From IMG/VR virus record IMGVR_UViG_3300035698_019959, positions 443 through 64,442 of that record: DNA of 64,000 nt, one strand, 5' to 3'. How positions within the stretch are numbered: position 1 is the stretch's first letter; every line of letters starts with the position of its first letter. The position numbers and the translations under genes are program-made. Source of the DNA: a virus. Its lineage: Duplodnaviria; Caudoviricetes. Under the pieces are notes generated by a model. It was not told the DNA's origin, ran no database searches, and saw only the letters and a list, made by a program, of their open reading frames with translations. Of the stretch, positions 46,157 through 57,900 are shown one piece after another.

Positions 46157-48472
46157 ATGCCAGAAGAAAATGTTTTAAAATTTGGTGCTGATTTTAAAGA
46201 CGTAGATAAAGCGTTTTTTAAAGTGGGCCAAGCTGTAGACAATCTTTCTAAAAAGGGTGTTAGTTTTAAGTTAGATTCTAAGACGGAAAAATTCCTTTCT
46301 GAACAGCAAGTAAGAGTTATCGAACGATTAACGAAACAAGTTGATGGCGCTACTCAGGCTTTTTCTAAAATGGCTCAACAGGTTAGCGCAACTGGAGAGG
46401 GTGTAGAAAAATTAGATAAGATTGCAACAATAACTGAAAGACTTTCAAAAAGATTATCAACGGCAAGAGGAATGAAATTTGGTACTATTGCTGGAGGAAC
46501 TGCAGGCGGTGGAGGCGCTGCTGGTGCTGCTGGTAGTGAATTGACTGGTGAGGTTATTGGGAATGCCTTGGGAGTTATTGGTTTGGGGCGTTTGTCAGGG
46601 GTATCTAGGAGGATTGGCGCTGCTGGAGGTGGAGGTGCGGCTGTTGGAGGTGCAGGATTCGCTGTTGGAGGTGCGGGACTTGCCGCTGGGGCGATAGGAG
46701 CTGTAATAGCTGCTGGTGTGGCAACGGCGGTATGGGGTTATCGTCGTACCTCAAAATATGCCGACGCAGGATTAAAGTATCAAGCAATAGGATATGATCG
46801 TGAACGTATGCAGGAAGGTGCGGTTAGACCTGGCCGCGCGAATATGTACAATAGAGAAGAATCTCTTGCTATGGGTCTTCAATGGGCTGGGCAAACTGGT
46901 GGTCTTGGGGGCTTGGGAATGGGAATGGCCGTTTCTCGGGGATTTGGATTAGATTTTGGACAGGTTGCAGGCGTTGGAGGATTGGCGAGAAAACAAGGTG
47001 GAGATCAAAGAAAAAACTTTGTAGATATGCTTGCTCAAGGTGTTGCTAGTGGTGTTGAAATAGCAAAACTTCCTGAGTACTTACAAGTACAATCTCAAAT
47101 GTTAGCTGGAGTTTTACAAAAAGGGCCAGCTGATCTTAATTTTCTTTCTTCTTTAATGAGCACTGTAACAAAAAAAGGTGGACAGTTTGCTCAATTCAAT
47201 CCAGCAGCAACAGCCGCTACAATACAGAGTTTAAGTGCTGGGATTACTGCACAAGGTGCTGGTGGAGGATTGTTTGGGTTATTGGCTCCTGCGATTATGA
47301 AACAGCCAAGATTTAAGAATGTACAGGGTGCTTATGATATTGAGACTGTTACAAGTTATGGATTTGCGGCTCCCGATTTATCAAAATATAAAAATTTACC
47401 TCCAGAATATAGAAAGTATTTAGAAGGATTGAGTATGGATAAGCCAGGAGCCTCTCGGGCGTTAATGGGGGTAATGTATGAGTCAATTTTTGGTACTCCT
47501 GAAAAACCCAACAAGGGGTTAATTTCAAGAGGAGTACTTCAAGGGTATATGCCAAGCGCAACAGGTTCAGAATTGGATACAGCTGCGGAATTATTGGGAA
47601 CCGCACATAAATATTCTGGTGAAAAAAGGGGCGGAGAAGCCACAAAAGAATTTATGAAAATGCTGGTGGAAAAGAATAAAACAGTACAAGAAAGTATGGA
47701 CGGAACATTAAAGAAAATTAATGTTGGTGTTGATACCATAAAAGATATTTTGGGATTTTCAGTAGCTGGCTTTCTTTATAAGGCTACTGGTTTAAAAGCT
47801 TATAATGATTTAAAACAATGGCAAGAAACCGGAAAATCCGAAGAAATTGATTATGGTTACGGGTTTGGATCTGAAGGTGAGACCCCAGTCCGTGATATAA
47901 ATGGCAAATGGATTCCTAGCAAAAAGCCAGGAAGAAGAATGGCTTCTCATAATAATCCTTTAGCTTTTACAACTGGATTTGGCTCAATTTTAGAAAAAGC
48001 TGGAATTGATTACGATATTGGTCAAAGTTTTGATGGTGGGAGATATAATACTGCAAAATTTAAAACCCCTCAAAAGGGCTGGGCGGCTTCTATGTATTTA
48101 ATGGAAAATGATCCAGCGTTTTTTAAGTGGTATAAGTCAGGAGCAGAATATACGCAAGGAGGAAATGTTGGCCCATTGAAAGGCTTAACACAAGAGCAGT
48201 TCCGTGGAAATCTTACGCAAGAACAAAAAAATAAAAAGATAGCAGAACTTAATCGTTTAGAGGGCGGTAGTGGAGTTTTTGTTTCCGACCCTGATAGTGG
48301 CGGAATTGCTAATGCGATAGAAGCTGCATTTAAATCAGCAATGATGAGTAGTTGGACACCTGGAATTAATAAAATGGTGGGAAAACAAGAAGAGACAAAA
48401 CAAGAAATAATAAAACAAGGTGGTACAACCACCAATGCCGTTAATGTTTTTGAACAGAATAATATTAAATAA
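46157..48472 (+). CDS. tape measure protein
   Basis: Ala/Gly-rich helical protein after the chaperones; C-terminal NNP...F.TP..G..A lysozyme-like motif. Confidence 0.8.
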   Translation: MPEENVLKFGADFKDVDKAFFKVGQAVDNLSKKGVSFKLDSKTEKFLSEQQVRVIERLTKQVDGATQAFSKMAQQVSATGEGVEKLDKIATITERLSKRLSTARGMKFGTIAGGTAGGGGAAGAAGSELTGEVIGNALGVIGLGRLSGVSRRIGAAGGGGAAVGGAGFAVGGAGLAAGAIGAVIAAGVATAVWGYRRTSKYADAGLKYQAIGYDRERMQEGAVRPGRANMYNREESLAMGLQWAGQTGGLGGLGMGMAVSRGFGLDFGQVAGVGGLARKQGGDQRKNFVDMLAQGVASGVEIAKLPEYLQVQSQMLAGVLQKGPADLNFLSSLMSTVTKKGGQFAQFNPAATAATIQSLSAGITAQGAGGGLFGLLAPAIMKQPRFKNVQGAYDIETVTSYGFAAPDLSKYKNLPPEYRKYLEGLSMDKPGASRALMGVMYESIFGTPEKPNKGLISRGVLQGYMPSATGSELDTAAELLGTAHKYSGEKRGGEATKEFMKMLVEKNKTVQESMDGTLKKINVGVDTIKDILGFSVAGFLYKATGLKAYNDLKQWQETGKSEEIDYGYGFGSEGETPVRDINGKWIPSKKPGRRMASHNNPLAFTTGFGSILEKAGIDYDIGQSFDGGRYNTAKFKTPQKGWAASMYLMENDPAFFKWYKSGAEYTQGGNVGPLKGLTQEQFRGNLTQEQKNKKIAELNRLEGGSGVFVSDPDSGGIANAIEAAFKSAMMSSWTPGINKMVGKQEETKQEIIKQGGTTTNAVNVFEQNNIK

Positions 48473-48475
48473 ACA

Positions 48476-50002
48476 ATGAAAAAAGAACAATTAGAATCAA
48501 GACAAACTAGATGTTATATGGATGTTTTTCATTTTGTGAATCAAGTACCTCCAAGTGGTAGTGGTTCAGGAATATTTATGAATATCATTCCATCTGATGT
48601 GGATAATTTAAAAACAGAAAAATATCAATTGTATGATGATATAGTCAGTTTTTCTTATTCTAAAAGCTTGTCAAGCCCAGCAGGTACTTTTCAATGTAAA
48701 ATTTTGGCAACAAGAGATTATTCAAAATTAATTTCTCCTGGTGATTGGGTTCAAATATACTTAACAACCAGTAAAGATAAAAAGCACAAACGTGTAATTG
48801 GGAATGTAGATAGAATTTCTTTAGAAGAATTCATTAATGAAGATGGAATGAGGGAGATTTACTTCTCTATTTCTGGCAGAGATTTTGGCAAAATTTTTCA
48901 AGACACAACAATTTGGTTTAATCCCTATACTTTAGATCAGTATAAGGCTGTTATTTTAAATAAAATCAACAAGCCTGGTGGTCCTCCAAATGTTTTAATT
49001 AAAAATATAATTGATTTGTTTCTTAATGATGCAGAATCTGTTGCTGACTGTTCTACTAGTATGAATTATTGGTATATTGGTGATCGATTTGCTCAGGAAT
49101 TAGGGCAGTCCGGCCATCCTCAGTTTGCAGATTTAATAGATATGTCTGATTTTTCTGTAGAACAACCTGGGTTCAAAGCAATACCTGTTTTAAATGTTCA
49201 AGGTAATGTTTGGAGTGTTTTAAAAGGTATAAGTAATGAAGTTATAAACACTATGTTCACGGAACTATACGAAAACAAAGACACTGGCGAATTACTTCCA
49301 AAATTATATTTTGGAGTAAGACCTTATTGTTTTAGGAGTTTTACTTCTGAAATAATACCAACAATTCAATATTTTTTAGACCTACCAAGTGCTGTCGTAG
49401 ACGCAAAAGAAATTATTGGAGCTTCTATTGGGCTTAATGATCATGATAGACTTAATATGTTTTTCTTAAGACTTCAAGAACAGCCTTATTATAAATCACA
49501 AGAAGCAAAAGTTTTTTATACACAAGGTATTGATTTAGATTCCATTAAAAGGTCTGGCTTGAGATTATTTAGCAGAAATATAGATTATGGTATTATACAG
49601 GGTGGTACGGTTGATTCAGAATTATATAGCGAATATATGAGACTTGTTTCTACATGGTATAAAGCGAATCATTTATTAGAAAACGGAACTTTTACTATTT
49701 TAGGCAATCCTGAAATAAGAGTTGGCAGAAGATTGGTTATAAATAACAGCAAAATGTACCCCAATAGACAATATTTGATAGAATCTTATACTGATAGTTG
49801 GAGTTTTGGTGATGTGTGGAGACAGCAAGTAGAGGTAACAAGGGGGATCACACTAGAAAATGAGTCTGAAAAATATGCATATCAATCTCAAGCGGGATTG
49901 TTTAATGTTTCTCAAGTTTCTAAAATAGATAATCGTGCAAGTAAAGATTTATTACCAGACACAGCTTATTCTTCAGACGCTGTAAAGAATGTGGTTATTT
50001 AA
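48476..50002 (+). CDS. baseplate hub protein
   Basis: SKSL..PAGTF, ISGRDFGK, NGT.TI.GNP.IRVG.RL, Y.IES....W.F, VTRG. Confidence 0.75.
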   Translation: MKKEQLESRQTRCYMDVFHFVNQVPPSGSGSGIFMNIIPSDVDNLKTEKYQLYDDIVSFSYSKSLSSPAGTFQCKILATRDYSKLISPGDWVQIYLTTSKDKKHKRVIGNVDRISLEEFINEDGMREIYFSISGRDFGKIFQDTTIWFNPYTLDQYKAVILNKINKPGGPPNVLIKNIIDLFLNDAESVADCSTSMNYWYIGDRFAQELGQSGHPQFADLIDMSDFSVEQPGFKAIPVLNVQGNVWSVLKGISNEVINTMFTELYENKDTGELLPKLYFGVRPYCFRSFTSEIIPTIQYFLDLPSAVVDAKEIIGASIGLNDHDRLNMFFLRLQEQPYYKSQEAKVFYTQGIDLDSIKRSGLRLFSRNIDYGIIQGGTVDSELYSEYMRLVSTWYKANHLLENGTFTILGNPEIRVGRRLVINNSKMYPNRQYLIESYTDSWSFGDVWRQQVEVTRGITLENESEKYAYQSQAGLFNVSQVSKIDNRASKDLLPDTAYSSDAVKNVVI

Positions 50003-50004
50003 TT

Positions 50005-50898
50005 ATGAAATCTAGAGATGGAACAATATATAGTGATGGGTTAATTTCTAATTTAGGAAGTTTACCAGATTTACCCCCATTTCTTGAGGCAAGAATTGAT
50101 GAAATTCTCTATACGGATAATCCTAAAAATACCACATATAATAGTGATAAAAAAGAAATAGAATATAATTGTACAGTTGTTACTGATGTTTTTGGTGGTC
50201 TTAGAATTTTTAATGTTAAAGACACTGTTGAGTCAGGTGGTAAGTATAATAAAAGTGGTCATGTAAGGCAAGCTATGCGTAGCGGGAATATAGATTCTCC
50301 TGCCACAGATCCAGAAAAAACAGATGGCGATTTTGTTTTAATTTCTTTTATAGAAAAAAATAATCCGCATAGAGCAAAAATTATTCGAGGTCTCCCCCAT
50401 CCGCAAGGAAAAGCTTTAGATATACCTTCCACAGAGGGCGGTAAAAAGTTTTTTGAATATAATGGTACTTGCATTAATATAGATAAAAATGGAGCACTGA
50501 CAATTAGTTTTGGTGGTGGTCCTAAGGATCAAGAGGGGCAACCAGCAGATGAAAGTGCAGCTGGAAGCGCCATTACAATAGATCAAAGTGGTGTTATAAA
50601 AATAGACGATGGCGAAGGCCAGACAATAGAGTTTGACAAATCAACAAAATCATTAAAAATTAATAGTAGCCAAGGTATAGAGATGGAAGCTGGTGCGGCT
50701 CTGAGCCTAGATATAAGCGGTTCAATTACTATTAAGGGCGGCGGTACTTTAAATTTAGACGGAGCAATTGTTCAAATAGGTGGTGGTGGCAATTTAGCAG
50801 CGAGAGTTGGAGATATTGCCGTAGGAACAGGAAATGAAGGTGCTCCAGTTGTTAGTACAATACAAACAGGAAGTTCAACAACTTTAATAGGAGGATAA
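50005..50898 (+). CDS. baseplate central spike (gpV/gp5-like)
   Basis: N-terminal OB-like region (GDFVLISF), beta-helix repeats IDK.G, AARVGD C-terminus. Confidence 0.8.
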   Translation: MKSRDGTIYSDGLISNLGSLPDLPPFLEARIDEILYTDNPKNTTYNSDKKEIEYNCTVVTDVFGGLRIFNVKDTVESGGKYNKSGHVRQAMRSGNIDSPATDPEKTDGDFVLISFIEKNNPHRAKIIRGLPHPQGKALDIPSTEGGKKFFEYNGTCINIDKNGALTISFGGGPKDQEGQPADESAAGSAITIDQSGVIKIDDGEGQTIEFDKSTKSLKINSSQGIEMEAGAALSLDISGSITIKGGGTLNLDGAIVQIGGGGNLAARVGDIAVGTGNEGAPVVSTIQTGSSTTLIGG

Positions 50899-50903
50899 AA
50901 AAT

Positions 50904-51134
50904 ATGAATAAACCACATAAAATAATAATAAAAAATAAAACACCAGGGAGAGTTTCTCACGGTGCCAATACGCAAGTATTGCTTGATGGTGAACCATTAA
51001 GGTATGTAAAAAGTGTTAATTTAAATGTTACTGCAAAAGAACTTTCAGTCGTTACTTTAGAAATGTTTGCTGATGTTGAAATCGAAGATTATGAAATTGG
51101 TAGGTTAGAAAAAACAACTTTAATAGGGGAATAA
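50904..51134 (+). CDS. small hypothetical protein
   Basis: AGGAGG RBS; V.LDG..L..V..V.L. Confidence 0.65.
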   Translation: MNKPHKIIIKNKTPGRVSHGANTQVLLDGEPLRYVKSVNLNVTAKELSVVTLEMFADVEIEDYEIGRLEKTTLIGE

Positions 51135-51135
51135 T

Positions 51136-51333
51136 ATGGAAAAGAATAAATTGCATACAGTAAAAATTAAAGAAAGAACAGAAAATGGAAATACTGTTAG
51201 AGAAATATATCTTGATGATAAAAGGATATATGGCGTACATAATATAGACCTGGCAATACATAATGGATTTAGTTCTATTATAAAATTTGAATTGTTCGTT
51301 GGCAACAGTATTATTATTGAAAGTGAAGATTAA
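51136..51333 (+). CDS. small hypothetical protein, likely paralog of 50904
   Basis: GGGGA RBS; IYLDD.RI.GV..I.L. Confidence 0.6.
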   Translation: MEKNKLHTVKIKERTENGNTVREIYLDDKRIYGVHNIDLAIHNGFSSIIKFELFVGNSIIIESED

Positions 51334-53048
51334 TGGCAATAGTTTGGACACCAGATATAAGAAAAGCAATTTCTAGAAGAATTGTAAAAATTCCTATAGA
51401 AAATGAAGCCTTTGATACGTCTAAAAGTGGTTTAGATGATACTGTTGTTGCGTTTCAAAATGTAGATGATGGGAATAAAGAGTGGTTTGATTTATATAAT
51501 GATGATATCTGTTTACGCTATGAAAATGAAAAAAGATTAATAGATGGTTTGCTTTTAGGCCAAGTTATAGAACAGAATTTAGATGATTCTGCTTCTCAAA
51601 CAGATTACAATATATTTTTCAAAAAGGGATTAGATTATAACCCATACATGTACCCACTGATTAATTATATGGTGCATGGATTGTATGCAAATCCTTTTAA
51701 AAGTGATGGGCAAGTGGGTGGAACATTTACAGTCTGGGAAGTAAATGGATTGCAGGGTGGCCAAGACATTGTAATTTCTGATAATGGGGCTGTTGGAGAT
51801 TCAGATACAAATTATGATTTATATCTTCAAAACATAGGAGTTGGAATACCTTCTACTTTAACGATTTTTAATAGAGCTACTGGTGCTGCTTTTGATTTAA
51901 GTGCTTATACGGCAGAAAATGAAGCTTATATAAAAACTGTGGTTGAAGCGGCTTACGAAAAACTAGATATCATTAATGAATATATTTCTATTTTAGTAGA
52001 TGGGTTTATTGTTGGTTCTGGAGCAACAGTTCAATTAGCTGCTGCTCATATTCCACACGCAAGGACAATTTTAGTCAATGCAAATACCTTGATAAATGGA
52101 GAGTTTGTAATTTGTGATGATGGAGTTGATGGTGCTGTTTTTGAGTTAACATCTGGCCCAGTACCTTCGGGACCTAATTTTATTTATAGTATTAGAGAAG
52201 TTTTTGTGAATGGGAATATCACCATCGGAACAAATGTTTCAAATAACTTTATAGGGTTTACAAACATACAAAGACAAAATTTAGTTGCTGCTCCTTATAA
52301 TAATGTTTTAAATCAAATGGCAGATGAAATAGATCTTTTGGTCTGGAACAATCCTCCTGATAGTTGGAAAGATATTTTGGCAGACGAGGCAGTGGAATTA
52401 AATGCTAACGAAGAAGACAGAGTCGCTCAACAAGCACAAATTGTTACGGCATTAGCAGATATAGTAACTGCGTTGGCTCAAATAGCAATTTGGGAAGCAT
52501 ACCCTCAAATTGGAGTAACAGGAAGATTTTCAGATGGAGAGGTCGATGTTTTAAGAAACGAACTCGTTGCAAGGATAGCATTTACTGAGGCTCGTTTGAT
52601 AGAGACAGCGACAGCTCTTGGAGATGTTGTTGACAATTCTGGTTCTTATACATTTGGGATAGACGCAACGGATATTTATTTTAGAAGATATAGAACGATA
52701 GACTATAGAATCAATAGAATATACGGAAGTCTCTCTAAAGTAAAAAGACAAACAGGAGCATCGTCAACAGTTGGCCAATTAAAAGATGTTAATGATGGTT
52801 GGGAATCTGAATATGATGTATTTATGAAGGCGGTGCGGTTTTCTTATAGTGGGAACAATACAAACAAAATTTCCTTAGAGGGCACAACAGATTTTTCTAT
52901 TGGGGATACCGTTTATGTTATTTCTGAAGAAGAGGCTGAGCTCTCAGGAGTTATCATAGCAATTTCGGATTCTACTGCAAGTTTAGATATTAACATAACT
53001 GAAGATTATAAAGTTGTTGATTTGGCAAGGATATATAAAACATTATAA
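51333..53048 (+). CDS. baseplate-region structural protein
   Basis: 571-aa ORF between spike and wedge genes. Confidence 0.65.
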   Translation: MAIVWTPDIRKAISRRIVKIPIENEAFDTSKSGLDDTVVAFQNVDDGNKEWFDLYNDDICLRYENEKRLIDGLLLGQVIEQNLDDSASQTDYNIFFKKGLDYNPYMYPLINYMVHGLYANPFKSDGQVGGTFTVWEVNGLQGGQDIVISDNGAVGDSDTNYDLYLQNIGVGIPSTLTIFNRATGAAFDLSAYTAENEAYIKTVVEAAYEKLDIINEYISILVDGFIVGSGATVQLAAAHIPHARTILVNANTLINGEFVICDDGVDGAVFELTSGPVPSGPNFIYSIREVFVNGNITIGTNVSNNFIGFTNIQRQNLVAAPYNNVLNQMADEIDLLVWNNPPDSWKDILADEAVELNANEEDRVAQQAQIVTALADIVTALAQIAIWEAYPQIGVTGRFSDGEVDVLRNELVARIAFTEARLIETATALGDVVDNSGSYTFGIDATDIYFRRYRTIDYRINRIYGSLSKVKRQTGASSTVGQLKDVNDGWESEYDVFMKAVRFSYSGNNTNKISLEGTTDFSIGDTVYVISEEEAELSGVIIAISDSTASLDINITEDYKVVDLARIYKTL

Positions 53049-53062
53049 AGAAGTATTATAAT
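53034..53062 (+). promoter_or_regulatory. putative late promoter
   Basis: TATAAA-N17-TATAAT. Confidence 0.5.
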
Positions 53063-53081
53063 AATGGGTAAGAGGTTATAA

Positions 53082-54905
53082 ATGGGTTCAGTTTTAGGGG
53101 CTTTTGAAAATATAGCCCAATCTATAGATGATTTTGTGGACACTCCAAATGCGTTTTCTACAATTTGGAATGCTCCTGATGTCGCTCATGCTTTACAAGC
53201 TGTTAAAGCTGTAAATTGGAATAAGAATCCTGGATACAGTTTTAAAATAGATGGTGGTGGTGTGTCTGGAATTGTAAAGTATTATAATCTTCAGCTTAAT
53301 CCTGAAGATATTGACCAATCTGAGCCATTTTCTATTAAAATAATTCCTACTCAATCTGGTATAGTAACTGAAAATGAAGGATTTGTTACAAAAGATTTGG
53401 TTATTAGTGGAACGACAGGTGTGTATCCAAAACGTCCCGGGACAGGCTATTTAACTCTTGGCAAATCTGGGTACAAAGAGTTCATGGATTTTAGAAATTT
53501 TATTCGTGAATATGCTGAAATAAAAACTTTAGAAGAAGGCAAAATTGTTAAGTTAATTTTTAGAAACTATAAAGATAACGAATTTTGGTATGTTGAACCC
53601 TTAAATTTTGCTATGAAAAGAAATAAGAGCAAGCCCTTTTCATATGATTATAAGGTTACTTTTAAAATAATTGGTAAGCCAGTTCCTCCTTCTATTTTCC
53701 CAGTAGCTCTTACTGATTTTGTTGCACAGGTAGATCAAATTTATGACGCTATTGATACTGCCATTGCTACATTTGAAAATACAATAACTTTTTTAGAAAA
53801 TGTTGAAGGAGCTTTTGAAACAATTATTTTAACTCCGCTGCAAAAAGTGGCATATGCAATATCCGCTATTAGAAATGGTGTTAATACTGTCAGCTCTTTG
53901 CCAAGAGAATTTTACCAAAATTTATTGTTTGAAGTAAGAAGGATTCGAGATAATGCTTGCGATTTGTTGGGGTTGGGGGATGAAACATATAATACGACTT
54001 TAGATAGAATCTCCACACTAGAAGGTTCAGCTGCAACTGATGTTACACTTGAAGGAAGAGAAGTTCTGTCTGGGTTTGTTGATGCTGAAAATGCATTAAC
54101 TCAATTTCTTTGTACTGATAATTTTTTTGACGAACAAACCGCAGAAGTAACTGTAAATAATCAAATTATTGGGCCTTCTTCTTTTCTTAGTACAGATGAA
54201 ATTTTGAACAAACAAATATCAAGTAAAAGAAATATATTAAAAATGTTTAATAATGAGATTTCTCTTCCGACTCCTAATAGTTCTGTTAAAGTAGAAGTTC
54301 AAACTGGTGACACTTTAGAGAGGATAGCTTTAAGACATCTTAATGATGCTTCTAGGTGGATAGAAATAATGAGTTTGAACAATTTAAAACCGCCTTATGT
54401 AGATGAAACATTAGATCAAGAAGGTGTTTTAAATCCTGGGGATGAAGTTTTAATTCCTTCAAATACATCTATCAATATAAATAATATTAATATTGTTAAC
54501 ACAAGAATAACAAGTCTTACTCGAGGATTGACAAAACAAGAAAGAGCCTTGGGCATAGATTTGTGGGTGAATTCGAATTTTGATTTGATTCCCAACAATA
54601 GACAAGATTTAGAATTAGTGTTTGGTTTTAAAAACATTGATCAAACAATTATGTTGAAAATGGGGTATGAAAAAGGCTCTCTTTTATATCATCCAAGAGT
54701 AGGAATAGGATTGGTAATTGGTGAGAAGAACTTATTAATGGTAGACGAACTTTATCAATCAATGAGAGAGACTATTCTTTCAGATCCAAGATTTTTTGGT
54801 GTAGATCAATTAAGGTTGTTAAGAGAAGGCGGCACAATAAAATTAAGCTTAAAAACAACACTTGCTGCCACGAGAACAAAAGTTCCATTAGTACTTACTT
54901 TCTAA
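53082..54905 (+). CDS. baseplate fusion protein: tube-initiator-like domain, LysM and gp25-like domain
   Basis: NP..I...EPF, ISGTTG; GDTLE.IA...L.D..RW.EI..LN.L..PY...L.PGD.VLIP; G..NI.Q....G.L.YHP..G...I.SDPR. Confidence 0.8.
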   Translation: MGSVLGAFENIAQSIDDFVDTPNAFSTIWNAPDVAHALQAVKAVNWNKNPGYSFKIDGGGVSGIVKYYNLQLNPEDIDQSEPFSIKIIPTQSGIVTENEGFVTKDLVISGTTGVYPKRPGTGYLTLGKSGYKEFMDFRNFIREYAEIKTLEEGKIVKLIFRNYKDNEFWYVEPLNFAMKRNKSKPFSYDYKVTFKIIGKPVPPSIFPVALTDFVAQVDQIYDAIDTAIATFENTITFLENVEGAFETIILTPLQKVAYAISAIRNGVNTVSSLPREFYQNLLFEVRRIRDNACDLLGLGDETYNTTLDRISTLEGSAATDVTLEGREVLSGFVDAENALTQFLCTDNFFDEQTAEVTVNNQIIGPSSFLSTDEILNKQISSKRNILKMFNNEISLPTPNSSVKVEVQTGDTLERIALRHLNDASRWIEIMSLNNLKPPYVDETLDQEGVLNPGDEVLIPSNTSININNINIVNTRITSLTRGLTKQERALGIDLWVNSNFDLIPNNRQDLELVFGFKNIDQTIMLKMGYEKGSLLYHPRVGIGLVIGEKNLLMVDELYQSMRETILSDPRFFGVDQLRLLREGGTIKLSLKTTLAATRTKVPLVLTF

Positions 54906-54926
54906 AAATAGAAAAGGAAATAAAAA

Positions 54927-57900
54927 ATGGCATTCGTTTTTAAATCGTTTCAAAAAATTGTAGGAGATCAAATCTCTTATATTTCTGCTAACACACCTAT
55001 TAATGATATGACGCCTGGGTCTGTAATTCTTAATCTTATAGAAATGAACGCCCAAGAAATATATCAGCAGTATATTCAATTAGTGAACATTATTCAGTCT
55101 TATAATTTAGATACAACGACTGGTGAGGATTTAGAAAATCGAGCTCTAGAATATGGAATAATAAAACAAGACGCATCAGCTGCTACAGGATATGTAACAA
55201 TTGGTGATAGTGGTTTTACAAAAGTTGTCACGAATATATATGCAGGAAGTAATGGTGCCGTTTCTGGACAAGTAATTTTAGATATAAATGATAGCACTAA
55301 TTTTTCTGCTAGTGGTGCGGTTATTGTCGGTAGAGGGACTGTCAGTGAAGAAACTGTAAGTTACCTTTCAATTACTGACAACACAACCTATTATACTTTA
55401 AATTTAGACCCTTTAACGCCATTAACAAATGATCATAAAGTTGGGGAAACAGTTATTTTAAGTCAGGGAGGATTAAGAACTGTTCTAGCTGGAACCACAG
55501 TATTGGTTCCTATGACAAATATTTCTGAAGAAATTTCATTTACTACAAATGAAGATACTGAATTGTCTGATGGCGAAGATAGTGTTAGTACAACAATAGT
55601 AACTTGTCAAGAAACAGGAACAGTCGGCAACATACCCATAGGGGCAATTGTTGAATTTGATAGTGCGCCTTTCCCTAATGCCACAGCAACCAATGAAGAG
55701 GCGTACACAAATGGTAAGGACGAAGAAACGGATAATGAATTAAGAGGCAGAATTAGGGATCATATTCAAAGTTTGTCTATGGGGACGGAAACGGCTATTA
55801 CGTTTGGTGTTAGTGGTTTGACAAATGTTGCGCAAACAAAACGTGTTGTTTCTTCTAATTATTTAGAAGGTTTAACAGCTTATGATGTGAATTATTTATA
55901 TATTGATGATGGTACTGGGTTTGAGCCTACATTTAGTGGTAAAGCTATAGAGTACGTTGTTAGAAGTGCGGCTGGTACAGAAAAAATAGTCCAGTTGGAT
56001 AATTTTCCTTTGGTTAAAGCCAGTTTAATTACTCAATCAGAACAGCCGTTCAATATTAATAGCGGAGACAAGTTAAGGGTTGCGGTCAATGATGTTGAAG
56101 AAGAGTTAATATTTTTGGCTTCAGATTTTACAAATGAAGGTGCAACAACAGCTAGAGAAATTGCAATTGCGATTAACGATGGTATGACTCTTGTTGAAGC
56201 TCGTACTACAGGTAGCAATAACGGAGTTATTATGCAAGCTGTTGCTGAAGAAAACGAAAACATAAAAGTTTTAGTTCCAGCAACAGGAACAAATGCTAAT
56301 GATAATTTACAATTTGAAGAGGATGTAGATAGATATACTTTAAAATTATACAAAGATGATTTATTACTTAATAAAGATGGCGCAACTGCTTTTGTAGATA
56401 CAGTTAACACTGCGCCTTTTGTTTTAGCAGATGCTCAAACTTTGACCCTTTATATTGATGATAAAACAGATAATCTTTTAACAATAACTTTTCATACTGG
56501 TGATTTTGTTGATATTACTCAGGCTACCGCTGCAGAAGTGGTTAGCGCTATTAATGCTGATTTACCAGGTGGATACGCCTCTTCTATTTTAGACGGATCT
56601 GAAGTAAGAATTTATTCTCGAACAAAAAGTTCAGAAGGCTCGTATGTAGAAGTAACTGGAGGAACAGCAAATGCTGGTCTTGCTTTTCCAACTGATCAGG
56701 TTCAAGGCGCAGACAATGATTATGTTTTAAATAAATGTAATGGCCAAATAGAACTAACAGAAGAATTAAATGCTGAAGAATCTTTAAAAGCAGGAACTAT
56801 TTATACGGAAGCGTTTTTAGAATGTGCAAGTTCAGAGGATTATACAATTGTTGCTGCGGAGACCTTGGTTTTTAATACAGATGCACTTGGAGCGCAAACA
56901 ATACCTTTTGTGGCTACAGGAACTTATACAGCTCAACAAGTTGCCGATTTAATTAATGCTGACACTTCTGTCAATGGAATTTATGCGTATGTTATAACAA
57001 AGGGTTCAGATATATATTTAAGAGTTGCTACAAATACTTTGGACGACTCTATTGGTTCTATTGTTATTACCACAACACCAGCAGGATTAGATTTTACAAC
57101 AGGTGTTACAGTTACTAATCAAGAAGCAAATTTAGCATATATAGAACCAGAAAATGTAGAAGATTATACATTAGGCCCTGATCAAAATTTAGTTGTAGTT
57201 TTAGATCAAGATGCATCGGATAGAGTTTTTAATTTTGTAATAAGTTTAAGCGGAACTGTTACAAATAGTGTTAGTAATGTCCTATTTGATTCTACAAATA
57301 TTAGTACGAATTATTCAGATACAAATGATTTCTTTGCTGGGTATATGGTTAGATTTACGGATACAACTACTACTGTTGCATTAAGGGGTTATATTAGAGA
57401 AGTTTCTACATATAATGGAATATTAGGAAGAATTACAATAGCTGCTGGTGAAATTTTACCAGCTGTTCCGGTTGTTGGAGATTCTTTTGATTTAATTCCC
57501 GTTACTGCAAAACACATGGTTGATTATTTAAATAACACTCAAATAACACCATTTTCTGTTTATGCTGATACAAAACTAATCAAAGGAGCAACCAAACCTC
57601 AAATTAATACACAAACAGAAGGAAGTGTTGGTGCTGTTCAAATTACTGGAGGAACGGCAAATAAAATACTAATTCCTTTTACTTCTGTTGGAACAGTTGC
57701 AGGTAATTTTGAGGTTGATAATATTGAAGGATTGTTTGAGGGCGTAGGAGATGCTCCTGTTGCAGCAATTTATTATGGAGGTATGAGGGTTACATTAGAT
57801 AATGTTTTGAATAGTTTTACTTATGATTTTCTAACAGATCCTGCACCACTTGGTAACACTTTTACTTGTGCAAGCGCAAGATATTTACAGGTAGATGAAG

